A stretch of 64,000 nucleotides of DNA, taken from assembly GCF_006345805.1 (NCBI RefSeq), contig NC_043006.1, positions 93,248,001 to 93,312,000 on the forward strand. Direction: 5' to 3'. How positions within the stretch are numbered: the first letter of the stretch is position 1; each line of letters starts with the position of its first letter. The translations under genes were made by a program, and so were the position numbers. A model generated the notes under the pieces. That model worked only from the letters and a program-made list of their open reading frames with translations, had not been told where the DNA came from and ran no database searches. This document shows, piece after piece, positions 39,671-53,790 of this stretch. The stretch comes from Octopus sinensis (Eukaryota).

Positions 39671-40436
39671 ACCACACGTGCTTCAAAGATACAAACTTTA
39701 TCTAAATTACCAACGTCTGTCAACATTTCATGTTGATTTGTGTTGCAAACACCAGAATAATAGTGGTGATGATATTTCGCTAAATTCTTTATTATTTCTA
39801 CAACCACTTGAAAGAAAATCAGTATATTTCACTAGTGATGTATTAACTACAGGAATGAATGATTAGAAAAGAAAATAAACGCCAAGAGGTATTGAGCTGA
39901 TACTTAGATTAGAGACTCTCGATGCTAATTTTATTTTCTAAACCTTTAGGGCAGATGAAATATATAACTATCATTTACTAGAAACATATGTACACCACCT
40001 CTCTATTTACACGATTCATGAATATTTGCAAACAAAGGTTAATCAAAATTTGCAGGTTACGCACATATTTTAACGTAGTTCATAATATAAATAGCTTCAT
40101 CTTAAATGACTATTCATGGAGTAAATCTAATTATTGTTGTAACTCCCAGTTGAAATTCTACTGCTGTTGCACAGAAATCTTATCAGGTCTCTTGATATGC
40201 TTCGAAAGTTTCAAATGAAATTCTTTATTTCAGTTCTCGCGAGACAAGCTGATCAGCTAATGAAGCGAACGGGCAGAAAGGAAAACAGAATGAACGCGTA
40301 GAATGTTGATCGTGGATATTTGTGTGAGGGCAGAGTGCAACAATTTGAAATAAATAAAGGCTACTCCAAGTGAGTATACGTGTGTTTTCATACATACATA
40401 CAGTGAGAGAGACATATTCAAACACACACGCATGTT

Positions 40437-40479
<43 letters not shown>

Positions 40480-40497
40480 TATATATATACACATATA

Positions 40498-40690
40498 GTT
40501 GAAATTTACAGAAAACAAAAGACGAAGACAGGTGTATAAACAACAAGCAGGTGTATTAGTGGGAAGGTGAGAAATTCTTTTACGTTTCGAGCCTACGTTT
40601 TACAACAGAAAGGAATAAGAGAAACTAAACAGAGAGAGAAAAAAAAACTTTTGGGGTTAGCGGTCAGTCATGGCGACTGGCTGAACAAAG
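40498..40690 (-). mobile_element. short HHR-bearing repeat, A6U family, copy 2 (degenerate)
   Basis: cttt CTGTTGT A AAAC gtag GCTC GAAA C GTA aaag at 40577-40612 on the minus strand. Confidence 0.6.
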
Positions 40691-42119
40691 GTAATTAAAG
40701 GAAGTGTGGAAAAGTGTTTCCTTCGGTGGTGGTGAAGGTAGAGGAGGAAAGATTTGTAATCGGGCATGATTGAAAAGATGGAAAGTTCAAAACAGTTCAA
40801 AAAGGTTCAAAGGTCGTGGTGTATGTAGTGATTTTTTATCAACGGAGGAATCTAGTGAAATACATATGTATATTGAGTAGTAATCCGAGTGGAATGCTGG
40901 TGTGTAAATGAGGAGAGGTGCAGAAATTTCAGGACAAACTGGTGCGACCACGTAAGCGTACAATATATGGTTGAAATTTACAGAGAAACAAAAGACAAAG
41001 ACAACAAACGCATTTGCGTCTGAATATATGTTTCAGTTCTCTCAACATACGAAACTATTGTTTAATACATGTATTGTGACCTTTAGATAATAATATTTAT
41101 CTCTCACCAGATGGAGTACTTTTCTGTTGAATTTCCTTCACGGATCAGTACATCAGTACATTATATATATTGAAATTAACTCATGTCTGCCTGTTGGAAA
41201 TAACCACCAAAACTCTAATTTAAATTGCCAAAATACACTGACAATAACTACAGAAATCAACCGTTCGGAGGCAAATGGGCTAATAAAATCTCCCAACGTA
41301 CATTCAAGTATTTGGACTCACGGGGACAGGTTTGTGCACTGGCATAATAGCCTCAGCTTCCTCAGCACGCGTTACATGATAGAGTCTCTCAACCCGTCGT
41401 GTTGAAGTCCACGCTGCAACTCATTCGTTTTGCGCCGAATCATGGCAGTCACGAGGGTGAATATAATTTCAATACTGAGCAAATAGTTCACGAGAAAAAC
41501 ACAATTCACGGGAAAATAATTTGCGAAAATATTTAACTTGGTTATTATCTAGTGTAACAATTTTAAAATGGTGATAACAGAATCAATAATATAGGCGAAT
41601 GCAGGTCCCCAAAATGCATCAAATAGCTGAAGGATTAAAATTAATCAAAGGACTGACTAAGTATGTCTGTCTGCTGGAAATAACAGTCACAACTCTTTTT
41701 TAAATCACCAAAAAACACTGATAATTCGCAAATTATCTTTCCTATCCCAATATGCTGAAAAATAGACCTTATGTCGTCCAACCACATATAATATATTTCA
41801 GTACCAATTCACATCGTGTTGAAACGAGGAAAGCAAGCTAACAGAAAAAGTTTTAAAATTCTATTATCCTCAAATCGGACTGATTTCTGGATTAATTCAA
41901 AATGATTCTTCCTTCATCAGCGAGGAACACGATAAGAATAAATGGAATACATACATATACCCACGGAGAAAAACAGATACAAAGTCATGTGTACATTGAA
42001 GTACCCCAAATATATCCAAACAGAAATTCTGTAGCAAGCCCCAACACACGTGAAGTCGGTCAGGACTGTGAATTTAGAGTGCAAAATATTCTTTTCTACT
42101 CTAGGCACAAGACCCGAAA

Positions 42120-42300
42120 TTTTGGTGGAGAGTGCCTGTCGGTTCCATCGACTACAGTACGCAACTGGTACTTGATTTATTGACCCCGAAAGGATTAAAG
42201 GCAGAGTCGACCTCGGCGGAATTTGATCTCAGAAAGTAAAGACAGGAAATACCGCTAAGCATTTCGCCCAGCGTGATAACGTCTCTGCCAGCTGGCAGCC
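42120..42300 (-). mobile_element. SINE family B-related copy
   Basis: gaccccgaaaggattaaaggcagagtcgacctcggcggaatttg…ctgccagctggcagcc. Confidence 0.7.
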
Positions 42301-42395
42301 TTTATAGTGAAAAATATTTTATGTAGTTAGACAATCTAAAGTCTATTTTTCAGCATTTTTGCATAGAATCTTTTTCTTTTGCCCTTATTTATAAT

Positions 42396-42437
<42 letters not shown>

Positions 42438-42439
42438 CG

Positions 42440-42670
42440 CGCGCGCGTGGTGTGCGTATGTATATCTGTGTCTTTGTGTCTGTATTTGTCTCCCACCACC
42501 GCTTGACAACCGGTGCTGCTTTATTGATGCCCCATATACATAACGGTTCGGCAAAAAGAGACCGATAAAATAAGTACCGGGCTTAAAGAATAAGCACTGA
42601 GGTCGATTCATTTGACTAAAATGTCTTGAAGGTGGTGCTCCAGCATGGCCTCAGTCTAATGACTGAAACA
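42440..42670 (+). mobile_element. SINE family A, 3' half
   Basis: gcttgacaaccgg…cggttcggcaaaaagagaccgata…ggtgctccagcatggcc…gactgaaac. Confidence 0.8.
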
Positions 42671-42716
42671 TGTATGTGTATATATAAATATGTGCGCGGT
42701 GTTTGGAGTGTAGAGT

Positions 42717-44176
<1,460 letters not shown>

Positions 44177-44236
44177 GATCCTATTGAGTTGTGTGCCTTA
44201 AAACACAAACGAAAGGAAAGGAGAGTTACTTACCTT

Positions 44237-46241
44237 TCAAAAGATTTGTCTCCTCCTTTGATTTTTCATCAAGGAGGCTGTTATACATTTTTTGCATAAA
44301 TATTTATGATATCCCCCTACCGCATTGGGAGGGATTTTAGTATGTGGTGATATGTGGTAAATTTTTATGCGTTCTGGTGGTGTTGTGTGTGGGTGGTTGT
44401 TCGTTTTAATGTCGTTTTCTGTAATGTTTGTGTTTGTGTTGATGTATTTCATCAACTCTGTGTTTTTGGTGTCTATGGCTGTGAGCATATTCTTTTTATA
44501 TATTTTTATGGCGTTGATATTGTTTGTGGTAAGGTTTGAGATGTCTTCAGGTGTATATATCACTGCTTTGTTTGCGTTTGTATTGGATCTCGTTCTTTTT
44601 TTTTTGTTCCTTTTCCTCCTTCCTTTTCTTGCTATTTGCCATTCCTCAGTGCTTTCGTCTTCCGACGAAATTTCCAAGGAATCGGAAAGGGGTAGGGGCA
44701 TGTTGTAGGCTTCAATGTGTTTTTGTGTAATTGGTTGTGTTGTTGTTTTCGTTGATGTTGGTTGTTGACTGCTTGTGTGTGATGTGAGGGAAGGGGAATC
44801 AGTTTTTGTACTATCTTTTGGTTTTTCTGTTTCCTAAGTTCTTGCTGTTGGTGGTGATTTTCAGATGTTGTTGTGTGTTCATTTGTTGGTGTTGGCGGGT
44901 TTGGTTTCGTACTCCCTTTGTCTGTCCTCTGTGCTGGTGGTGGTGTGGGTAGTAGTGTTATTTTTTCTTTTGACTTTTCCCCATGTTATGGTTGTTGTTA
45001 TTCTTGTTCTGATTTTTGTTGTTGTTTTTTTGTTGTTGGGCAATCACTTCTTAGGTGTTCCTCGGTGCCACACAAGAAACAGCGAGGCCTCCTACCCTCT
45101 ACCACTACGTAAAGGAAATTGCCGTCTGGCAGCTCAATTTGGTGGGGGATGTTATTGATTTGGTTTTGGTCAATTTGCATCAATAACTGAACTATTTTCC
45201 CCGACCATTTCTTTTCTTCGAAGGCGGCATATTCCAGAATATTTATATTTTCCTCCATTTTGTAGCAAATGGCTGACAACAGCCATTGTGAATCTATTTC
45301 TGGAGGGACATTTTTAATCGAAATTTTGATCACGCGTTGACCAAGGTAGGTCGGAATTAAAATTAGTTTTTCCGACTGTAATGTGAGCGTCGAAAGTTCT
45401 TTCGCTCTTTCTTCGCTGTCGAAGCGAACCTGTATCGTGGCATATTTGTTTCCCCAATTTAAATAATTTTTGTAGGCCCATATTGACCGTAAACATTTTT
45501 CAATCAGTTCTGCTTGTGTTTGTTCTGGTCGGCGTGTTTTTGCGTTTAGGAATTTGTATATTATTGTCTTCTTTTGTGTGGTGTCTATGATGTTTTGTGG
45601 TATATGTAAGCGTAGATGTGAACCTTCTTCAGTTAACAGGGCTTTTGTTTTTTTTATTTGTTCTGTTGTGAAGTGTAATATTGTCTTTTTTGGTTTTAAT
45701 GCTTGTGCAAAATTGGGTTTGGTGGTAGTGTTGGTGACAGAGGTGTCACTTGTAGTAGTTGAGGTTGTAGTAGTGGTGTTATTGTTGGCTTTTATCGTAC
45801 ACGGCAAAACGACGATATCGTTGTTTTTGTCGTTCTTGGTGGCGGCGGTGGTGTTAGTGGCAAGGGAGGCAGCCATAGTAGCATTGGTATTGACGGCACG
45901 GTGTTTGGTGACGGTGATGGTGATTGGTCTGGTGATCTTGGTTTGTTGTTGTTGTTAGTGGTATCGTTAGCAGAGGAAGCAGCTGTAGTAGCAGAAACCG
46001 CCATGGTGGTGGTGTCGGTGTTGATGGTTGGATCATTGGTGGCGGTGACGGTGCTTGGCCCTGGGACCTTGGTTTTGTGGTTGTTGCTGTTGTTGATGCT
46101 GATAGTGGTGGTGGTGGTGGTGGTGTTGATGTTAGCGGCGTTCAAACTGTCAGGTTCACTTTTTAGTGACAGGGAATCTTGCTCTTTTGTTTCGGCGTCA
46201 CGCTTGACTTGCGCCTCGGCCTCGTGGTGACCAGTAGCCAT
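44237..46241 (-). pseudogene. ORF1 (gag-like) with Thr/Asn-rich N-terminus and zinc knuckle, frameshifted
   Basis: ORF pieces 45792-46241, 44998-45876 (VVVEGRRPRCFLCGTEEHLRSDCP, knuckle at 45040-45081) and 44237-44701 (basic RKGRRKRNKKKR). Confidence 0.8.
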
Positions 46242-46518
46242 TTTTGAAAATAAAAATGGCTAAAATAAAACCACGAAGCCTTTGAGAATTTTTTTTTTAA
46301 TTTGCCCACAAAGGGCGAAATTTTGTGTGGATGTTAATGAAAGTATGGGTTGGGTGTTGTACACCTTTTAGAAATAAAATGTTTGACAATCAACAATTTT
46401 AAACGTAGAAAACTACCAACTTACTTGGAGCCCATTTGACTTGTGTCAATCAGATAGATAGATACATAGATAGATAGACAGACAGACAGGCAGACAGGCT
46501 GATAGATAGATAGATAGC

Positions 46519-46598
<80 letters not shown>

Positions 46599-47198
46599 CA
46601 GACAGAAAGACAGACAGACAGACAGAGAAAGAGAGAGAGAGAATGACAGACAGACGGTCAAGCAGGCAGGCAGGCAGGCAGGCAGAGAGAGTGAGAGACT
46701 GGTACTGAGACGGTTGGTTAACAGTATATTATTAACAAATTTATGTAAGAGAAATGAAGTGACACTGCAATTTTTTTCCCTACACGATTTCACCTCCACC
46801 ACCATAAAACGAATCTTGTCGAATTTCTAAATGAAACCTTGAAGGATACTACACTTCTTTTGTAAGCTATATCGCTGATTATTTCTTTCGTTCATACGTG
46901 ATAATTATACATGCATGGTTTAGTTTCTACATGTGCTTTTCACTGGAAGTGGTCTAGAATTTTCTTGTTCAAATTCTGAATCTGATGGGAAATAAAGCTA
47001 CATTGCGAGTTCTAAAAAGCAATTATAGAATATTGAGTCTCAAAGACAATTTCAGCTTATGCCATTTCTATTATGATAATCTCTTCTTTAGCTTCATGGT
47101 TCCTGAAGTAACCAAATAGCTTGCCTAAATTTAATGGTTACAAATGTCTAAACGCAGTTCTACAACGCCGTACTATGATATATAACCATGTATACATG

Positions 47199-47243
<45 letters not shown>

Positions 47244-47246
47244 ATA

Positions 47247-47280
<34 letters not shown>

Positions 47281-47282
47281 AT

Positions 47283-47453
47283 ACTTTATTAATATAGCTG
47301 CAAAAATATCACAAATATTGTTACTTAGAGTTTCACGATCCAATTCGTCGAACAGTTTTGCCTGAGAATTTCAAACAAAACTGTCCGACAAACGGAAACG
47401 TGAAACTCTGGGTAACAGTTTTTGAGATATCTTTGCAGATTTTTTAATAAAGC
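47283..47453. mobile_element. inverted-repeat dual-hammerhead cassette 3 (U4C variant, both copies damaged)
   Basis: Imperfect arms of about 78 bp with a 15-nt spacer. HHR-like motifs at 47314-47359 (-) and 47377-47422 (+): aaaactgt CCGACAA ACG gaaa CGT GAAA CTC t GGG TA acagtttt. Confidence 0.65.
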
Positions 47454-47721
47454 ATATTACTCTACCTCCGGTATTCGTCTACTATTTGTTCCACCTTGTT
47501 TCACTACATGTGGATCGTTGGCGATCCCCCCCCCCGTCGTCCTTTTCTCTTGGACTTTCCTCTGTCACCTGTTTTTGAAGCTTTGAAGCTTTGCTCGATA
47601 CGTAAAACTACCTTTCTTTCCTTCCCTGAGCGTCTACTAATACTTTGCATGTACCACGTGCTCGCGTGGTTGTTTTTTATACATACATGTATGTAGATGT
47701 ATATGTAAATATATGTGTATG

Positions 47722-49306
47722 TATCTACTTCTACATTTTTTGTCCTGGTGATAATATATCATTCTCATTAAGAAATGTATACTGTTCTGCAATTCCTCCT
47801 GACAGTAACTTCCACATCAACAGGAGGCTGAAAATCGGTCTGTAATTGGCAGTAACATTTCCCGTTCAAGCTTCCGTCAGGCACAACTCCGTTCGTTCTT
47901 TTGCCAATGCATTCAATTGTTCTGCGGTCAATTTATGGCAACTACTGAACTTTTTTTGATCCAAAATCACTGTACATTAGATCCTGCGGCTTTCCAATTG
48001 CTTATCTTTTTACTCATATCTCTGATACAATCTTCTGTGAAGTGGATAGCCCCTTGCTGGGGATAAGAAACTGTTTGCTTCACGCTGCAGAGCCATTCAG
48101 CTGTAGTATTATGTTGTTCTTGCTTGCTCCATATTTTACTCCAGAAAAGTCGACTTTCATCAGCATCAGAGACTAATTTTTCACGTTTTTTATTGTCATT
48201 AATCGCTTGGTAAAATCTTTTTGGTCGATTCTAAACAACTTGTTTCGCTGGTATTGTTGAATCTGTTGTTCAAACCTCGTTCGCTTTGCTTTTTTGCAAG
48301 TATGCGCTGCTTCAGTTCTTCAATCACAACATTCAGACCTTTCGTATCTACATCATACTTCTTCCTAACCTTTTCGAGTTTATATCTTCACAAATTCTCC
48401 TTTTCCACCACGGTTGTTTATTTCCTCTTCTATCTGTCACTGTTCTATTTTCAGTAGTTCTCAATCCTATCCTTTCCACCACAGTCCTACCAGCAGTTTT
48501 TATGAGATTATTTGTTTTTGTGATATTCTTTGTTTCAATGTGTCTCAATTTATTATCGACTTGATTCGTCTCTTGATTTAGTCTCCATTGGTTAGCCTTC
48601 TTAAACTCGCACACAAATTCTGTCCCCTCTGTATTTAATAGATCTAAAATTCTGTCTATTATTAATCTATCTTCATTGTGTGAGTAGTCATTTATCTCAA
48701 TTCTTTCACAATTCACGGTATTATATTCTTGCGAACAATTGTCCATCTCCTCCCCTATATCACTTTCATTTCTCGCATGCCCATCCTCACTCAATATCGC
48801 TCTTTTAATAGCTTCTAGCTCCAGTTCTGTTAACAATCCATTCTTTCGTATTGCTCTAGCTTGGTCACATAGTCTCCCTTCAGTAATTTCAAACAATTCC
48901 ATTGCCTTCCATTCATTGTGCATTCGTTTTCTGTACTCTCTGACAGGCGCGCCATTCGCGTCCTCTGGGGTGCTCCAGTAGTAACATACCAAAACAATTA
49001 CTTGTTTACTCCACATGTGTCTTGTAGCATGGCTAGCAATTGCTGGATTACGACCGGGCCCACCCTGCCGCACAGTGGGGCACCTGCCGGGTGCGGCGCC
49101 TTCATCATTAGTTCCAGTCCCGTTCACACCGTTTTCGCTATTTATTTTGTTTGGCATTTTCACTCACTAATAAGGTATGTTTTTAGGTTACTACCAACCT
49201 GTATTTTTATCGAGACACCATCTCTATTAAGGTGGTCTGCCAAGGCAGCAGGATCCTTGCTTCCCTGGTTTTGGACTCAGTGTGTTCCTTCTTTTAGGCT
49301 TCTTTT
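47722..49306 (-). mobile_element. R4/Dong-like (RLE-type) non-LTR remnant, 5' end retained, truncated in RT
   Basis: ORF 48348-49163 has EGRLCDQARAIRKNGLLTELELEAIK and QPWWKRRI. Downstream degraded NWKAAGS..FWIKK, ANYRPIF…WKLLSG and LSPGQK mark the start of RT. Confidence 0.75.
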
Positions 49307-49331
49307 GGTGGTGGTGGTGGTGGTGGTGGTG

Positions 49332-49403
<72 letters not shown>
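49307..49403. repeat. (GGT)n(GTA)n microsatellite at the 5' junction of the R4/Dong-like element
   Basis: Direct reading. Confidence 0.95.
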
Positions 49404-49404
<1 letters not shown>

Positions 49405-50357
49405 CAGCTGCAAGAATATTAATAAAGAAATATGCAATAACTCTTCTAGAATTTGGCGTAGAAATCTTTGCTTGTGTGATAGGAAGAAAACCAGAGCAAT
49501 TCGCTTTTACAATTTTATTGCTTTGGTTAGCGTCAAAATACCCGTAGCAGAAATTTTGGTTTTATGCAATTAGTTATAGCTAAAAATAAAAATTTAAAAA
49601 AAGCTCGTAACACATTTAAACAACGATGAAATTTTTTTTTTTAATCTATATTATTTGACATTCAACTACTGGTTTTAGTCTTCATTGAACACAAATATTT
49701 CAATGTTGAATCGTTCACATACCAAGATGACACGCTCCGAACAAAATGGAACACTTCCGGCAACTAAGAATGTTTGTGATTTTTCAATTCTGCTTTGTTC
49801 CTTCAATGTAGTGGATTTTAGACATGAAATACCAAAGCATCATTTTGATAATGGCCTTTCTTTCTGCTTTCAATGTTCTGGCCTTTTACACATTACAAGT
49901 CCAGGAAGCCTGAATTGTAAGCGATATACACAGACGTTCACAATGAAATGTTCAGACTCTTTGTGTACAGTTTTAATGCATTTCGTCACGTATTTGCATA
50001 CATGAGGTATGGGTCATGAATGTATGTGAAGTCGCGTTTTACGAAGCATGGCTATTATTTTGAGAAAAAAAGTTTCAATGAATTTTACATTGTGACATAG
50101 AGACAGCTATGTTTATAATGTGATAGGCCGAAATCTGATTTGCGGTAGGTTCGTATACAGAACCCGACATTGTAGCGATAACATGAATATTTGTGCACGC
50201 GCAAGTAAATTTTTGGTAGCTAATAAAAAGGGAAAGAAGGAACGAAGGAAGAACTGTAACTAATGATCATTAAGTATGTATGTGCATGAGTATATGTGTG
50301 GTGTGTTTGTGTGCGTACATATATATGTATGAATATGATTGTGTGTGTGTATATATA

Positions 50358-50390
<33 letters not shown>

Positions 50391-50565
50391 ATAAATATTA
50401 GGGATTAAATCCAAATTTACAGGGAAAAAATCAGATTTAGGATTAAATCCAATTTTATAGTAAAATATTATATAATATTAATTAGAGACAAAACCACTAT
50501 TTTGCAAAACAAACAAGGAAAGACTTAATCAATACATAAAATTTTAATAAAAAGTAAAAAAAACG

Positions 50566-50606
50566 CCACTACAATTGTTTCATGTCTAATGACAATCTTC
50601 AGGTGG
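50566..50606 (-). ncRNA. minimal type I hammerhead, canonical core
   Basis: Exact reverse complement of 50661-50701. Confidence 0.8.
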
Positions 50607-50660
50607 ATTTCCGATTTTCAAATCAGTTTCAATTTATGAAATTGAAACTGATTTGGAAAT

Positions 50661-50701
50661 CCACCTGAAGATTGTCATTAGACATGAAACAATTGTAGTG
50701 G
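50661..50701 (+). ncRNA. minimal type I hammerhead, canonical core
   Basis: ccac CTGAAGA t TGTC atta GACA t GAAA C AATT GTA gtgg. Stem I 4 bp, stem II 4 bp with a U.U base, palindrome ACAATTGT, GUA triplet. Confidence 0.8.
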
Positions 50702-50785
50702 CGGTTTTTTTACTTTTTATTAAAATTTTATGTATTGATTAAGTCTTTCCTTGTTTGTTTTGCAAAATAGTGGTTTTGTCTCTAA

Positions 50786-50836
<51 letters not shown>

Positions 50837-51067
50837 TTTATATGTATATGTATGTTAATAAATCTCTGAACGAGGTATAAACAGTAACTGCACGACAATG
50901 TGAGGTATATTTGCCATCTCAATATGGCTAACCACTAAGGGTGGGTGTTACTGTAGCTTGTAGCCCCAGGAGAACATCTCCTCCAGCTGGCTATAAGCAC
51001 ACTTTCTGTGCCCTATCGGTATTTGCAAAGAGAGGTCATCCTTCCCTCGTCAACCTAAGTGATACGC

Positions 51068-51112
<45 letters not shown>

Positions 51113-52006
51113 TGTGTATGTATGTGTGTGTGTGTGTGTCTATGCAAATATACATAGTGAGAGAAAGGAGGAAAGAAGGGAAGTCATTAGTAATCCTTGA
51201 TCATCATTCAGCACATGCATAAGGCTTTTATTTTGCAACCAGCCATCCAAGGCCCATAACTCCACTCTTATTCAGCGAGACTCAGAAGTGCGTACGAAAC
51301 GCATGGGCGCAAATTTTGTCCCCTAACGAAATCCTTCTCTATCTCAGAAATATTCTACCTAGTGATATCATAATTATCATACATATGTCATCTAAATTTT
51401 GCCTCGAAAACGTAGTCTCATGAGACCCGAACTTATCCGGATGTGTGACAAGACTTATAACCTGTCTGCCCGAGATTTTTCAGTAAGGCAGACAGGAATA
51501 ACGTTCTAAGGAGTGAATAGCTCAAACAAACGATGCAATGCCGGATTCGTGGAGTGGGCCCACGACCTAACAACCGCCGGCCTAGCTATGTTATCAGAAG
51601 ATCACCCGATTTCACCCTCACAGATTCAGTGTTTTATGAAACAGTTGTTGATGGTGATATGTAGCATTAAATTAAACCAGATCACAAGTGCTCCATCCGT
51701 GATTATCATATCATACACTTGATTACTACTGAATCAAAATATGTGAAAAATAATCGCTTTCATCAAATTATAAATGTCCTTCTCTTAACCTGTAGGATAC
51801 GAATCAAGCAAAAATTTACTATTATTTCTAGCAAGCTGTTAGATAACATAGTTATACACATCTTTCGATATTATTGGCAAAACATTTCTTATGCCCTTTG
51901 CTGTTCTCAATTCATAACAAACTCGTGCAATGATCCTCAATTAAGTATAAATAAGGTTTAATTATATATACATACATTTACATACACACACACATACATA
52001 TATATA

Positions 52007-52142
52007 GTGAGAATTTACAAAAAAAAAACGTAAGAAGAAGACGGGTATGTAAACAACAAACAGACGTATTAGTTTAACGCTCGGGAAGTGAGAAAGTCTT
52101 TTACGTTTCGAACCTACGCTCTTCGACAGAAAGGAACACAGA
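52007..52142 (-). mobile_element. short HHR-bearing repeat, A6U family, copy 3 (best preserved)
   Basis: cttt CTGTCGA A GAGC gtag GTTC GAAA C GTA aaag at 52098-52133 on the minus strand. Confidence 0.7.
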
Positions 52143-52369
52143 AATACATACATATATATACATACATACGCACACACACACGCGCACAGACACACACACA
52201 TTGAAATTGATGGGAGAATCCAACAACAACAACAATAATAATAATCTTTTCTACTCTAGGCACAAGACCCGAAATTTTGGGGGAGGGGACCAGTTGATTA
52301 GAACTTAATTTATCGATCCTGAAAGGATGAAAGTTAAAGTCGACCTCGACAAAATTTGAACACATATAT

Positions 52370-52600
52370 ATATGTGTGTGTTTGTGTGTCTGTGTTTATC
52401 CCCATAGCATTGCTTGACAACCGATGCTGGTGTGTTTACGTCCCAGTCACTTAGCGGTTCGGCAAAATAGACCGATAGGATAAGTACTGGGCTTACAAAG
52501 AATAAGTCCCGGGGTCGATTTGCTCGACTAAAGGCGGTGCTCCAGCATGGCCGCAGTCAAATGACTGAAACAAGTAAAAGAGTAAAAGAGTAAAGAGTAA
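52370..52600 (+). mobile_element. SINE family A, 3' half, joined to a family B-related fragment (52243-52360, minus)
   Basis: gcttgacaaccgatgctgg…ggcggtgctccagcatggccgcagtcaaatgactgaaacaagtaaaagagtaaaagag. Confidence 0.85.
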
Positions 52601-53790
52601 TAATAATAATAATAATAATAATAATGATGATGATGATGATGATGATAATGATAATAATAATAACAGTATATGTGTATGTATATATAGTATGTATATTCAC
52701 GCACACACACTCAATGAGGAAAGGATGAAGGACACCATGTAATTAATAGTCATTAAAAACATGTATGTGTGTATGTGTGTGTGTATGGGTGTTTATATGT
52801 GTGTATCTATGGGTGTGTCTAGGAAAGGGAAGGCACAAAGGAAGAGAAGCAAGTGATCGCCATTAAAGATAGATAAATGTAAATGTAAGATGGATTCTAT
52901 GCGTAGAATCACGAAAATCTCGCATCAGTTGCATATAAAGAGGATGATAAAAGTGTTTAATTGTTGATGAAGTTGAATGATGGAGTGTTAAGACAGAAAC
53001 GAGAGAGTTGCGTGTCAATTGATTTTAATGCAAGCATTGCGAAATCGCACCCACTCACACACAACGCGCGCAGACGTGAAGGTGTAACGGTTGCGAAATA
53101 AATATAACAATATTTAGACGAGCAATATCGTTAATTTGTTAATATTTAAAGCTGCGTGCGTGTATGCGTGTATGATTATATATGTATGTATGTGTGTGGT
53201 GGGGAGGAGGGTGTGTTGAGTGCACTTTTAAAATGCTATCAATCCAATGACAGAAATAGCTGACATTTTCAAAGGATAAAGTAGAGTTAATATGACGGTC
53301 CTGTTGGTTAATTGAACGGGAAAACAGTCTGAATTTTCACAGCATCTAATGGACACGCCCAGGCACTGAATAGTGAAAACAGCGGAATGCGAGGAAATGA
53401 GTGAAAATAGCAGCGGCGTTTCACGAGTTTGAACGGGTGAAAAAGCGATAAAAAATAGCTTTGTCGTGAGAAAGCTAATTCAAACGTTTTTTGCAGGAAC
53501 ATTTTATCTGAGATTGACATTTCTTTTTTTTTTATTAAATGGTAAGAGGGATAAAAATAGATTAAAATTGAAGGAGAGAAGATGAAAGAAAGATGAATAT
53601 AAAAAGCAGAGACGAAGTTTATAAGGAAATATGCAAGTTGTCATCAAAACATGAAACCAAATGCGGTGAGATAATCGTTGGAGAAGGCTCAGAAGATATG
53701 ACAACTAAAATATTTGGAGCATAAGAAGTCAGTGGTCTTAGGAAATTGTTGTTAATGATGTACGGACCTGTGACTTCAGGCTATCATGAT

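Larger units (their letters stand above)
50469..50799. mobile_element. near-perfect palindrome, dual-hammerhead cassette 2
   Basis: Arms of about 160-167 bp around a 3-nt centre (50636-50638), differing by one substitution and one 7-nt indel. Confidence 0.92.
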
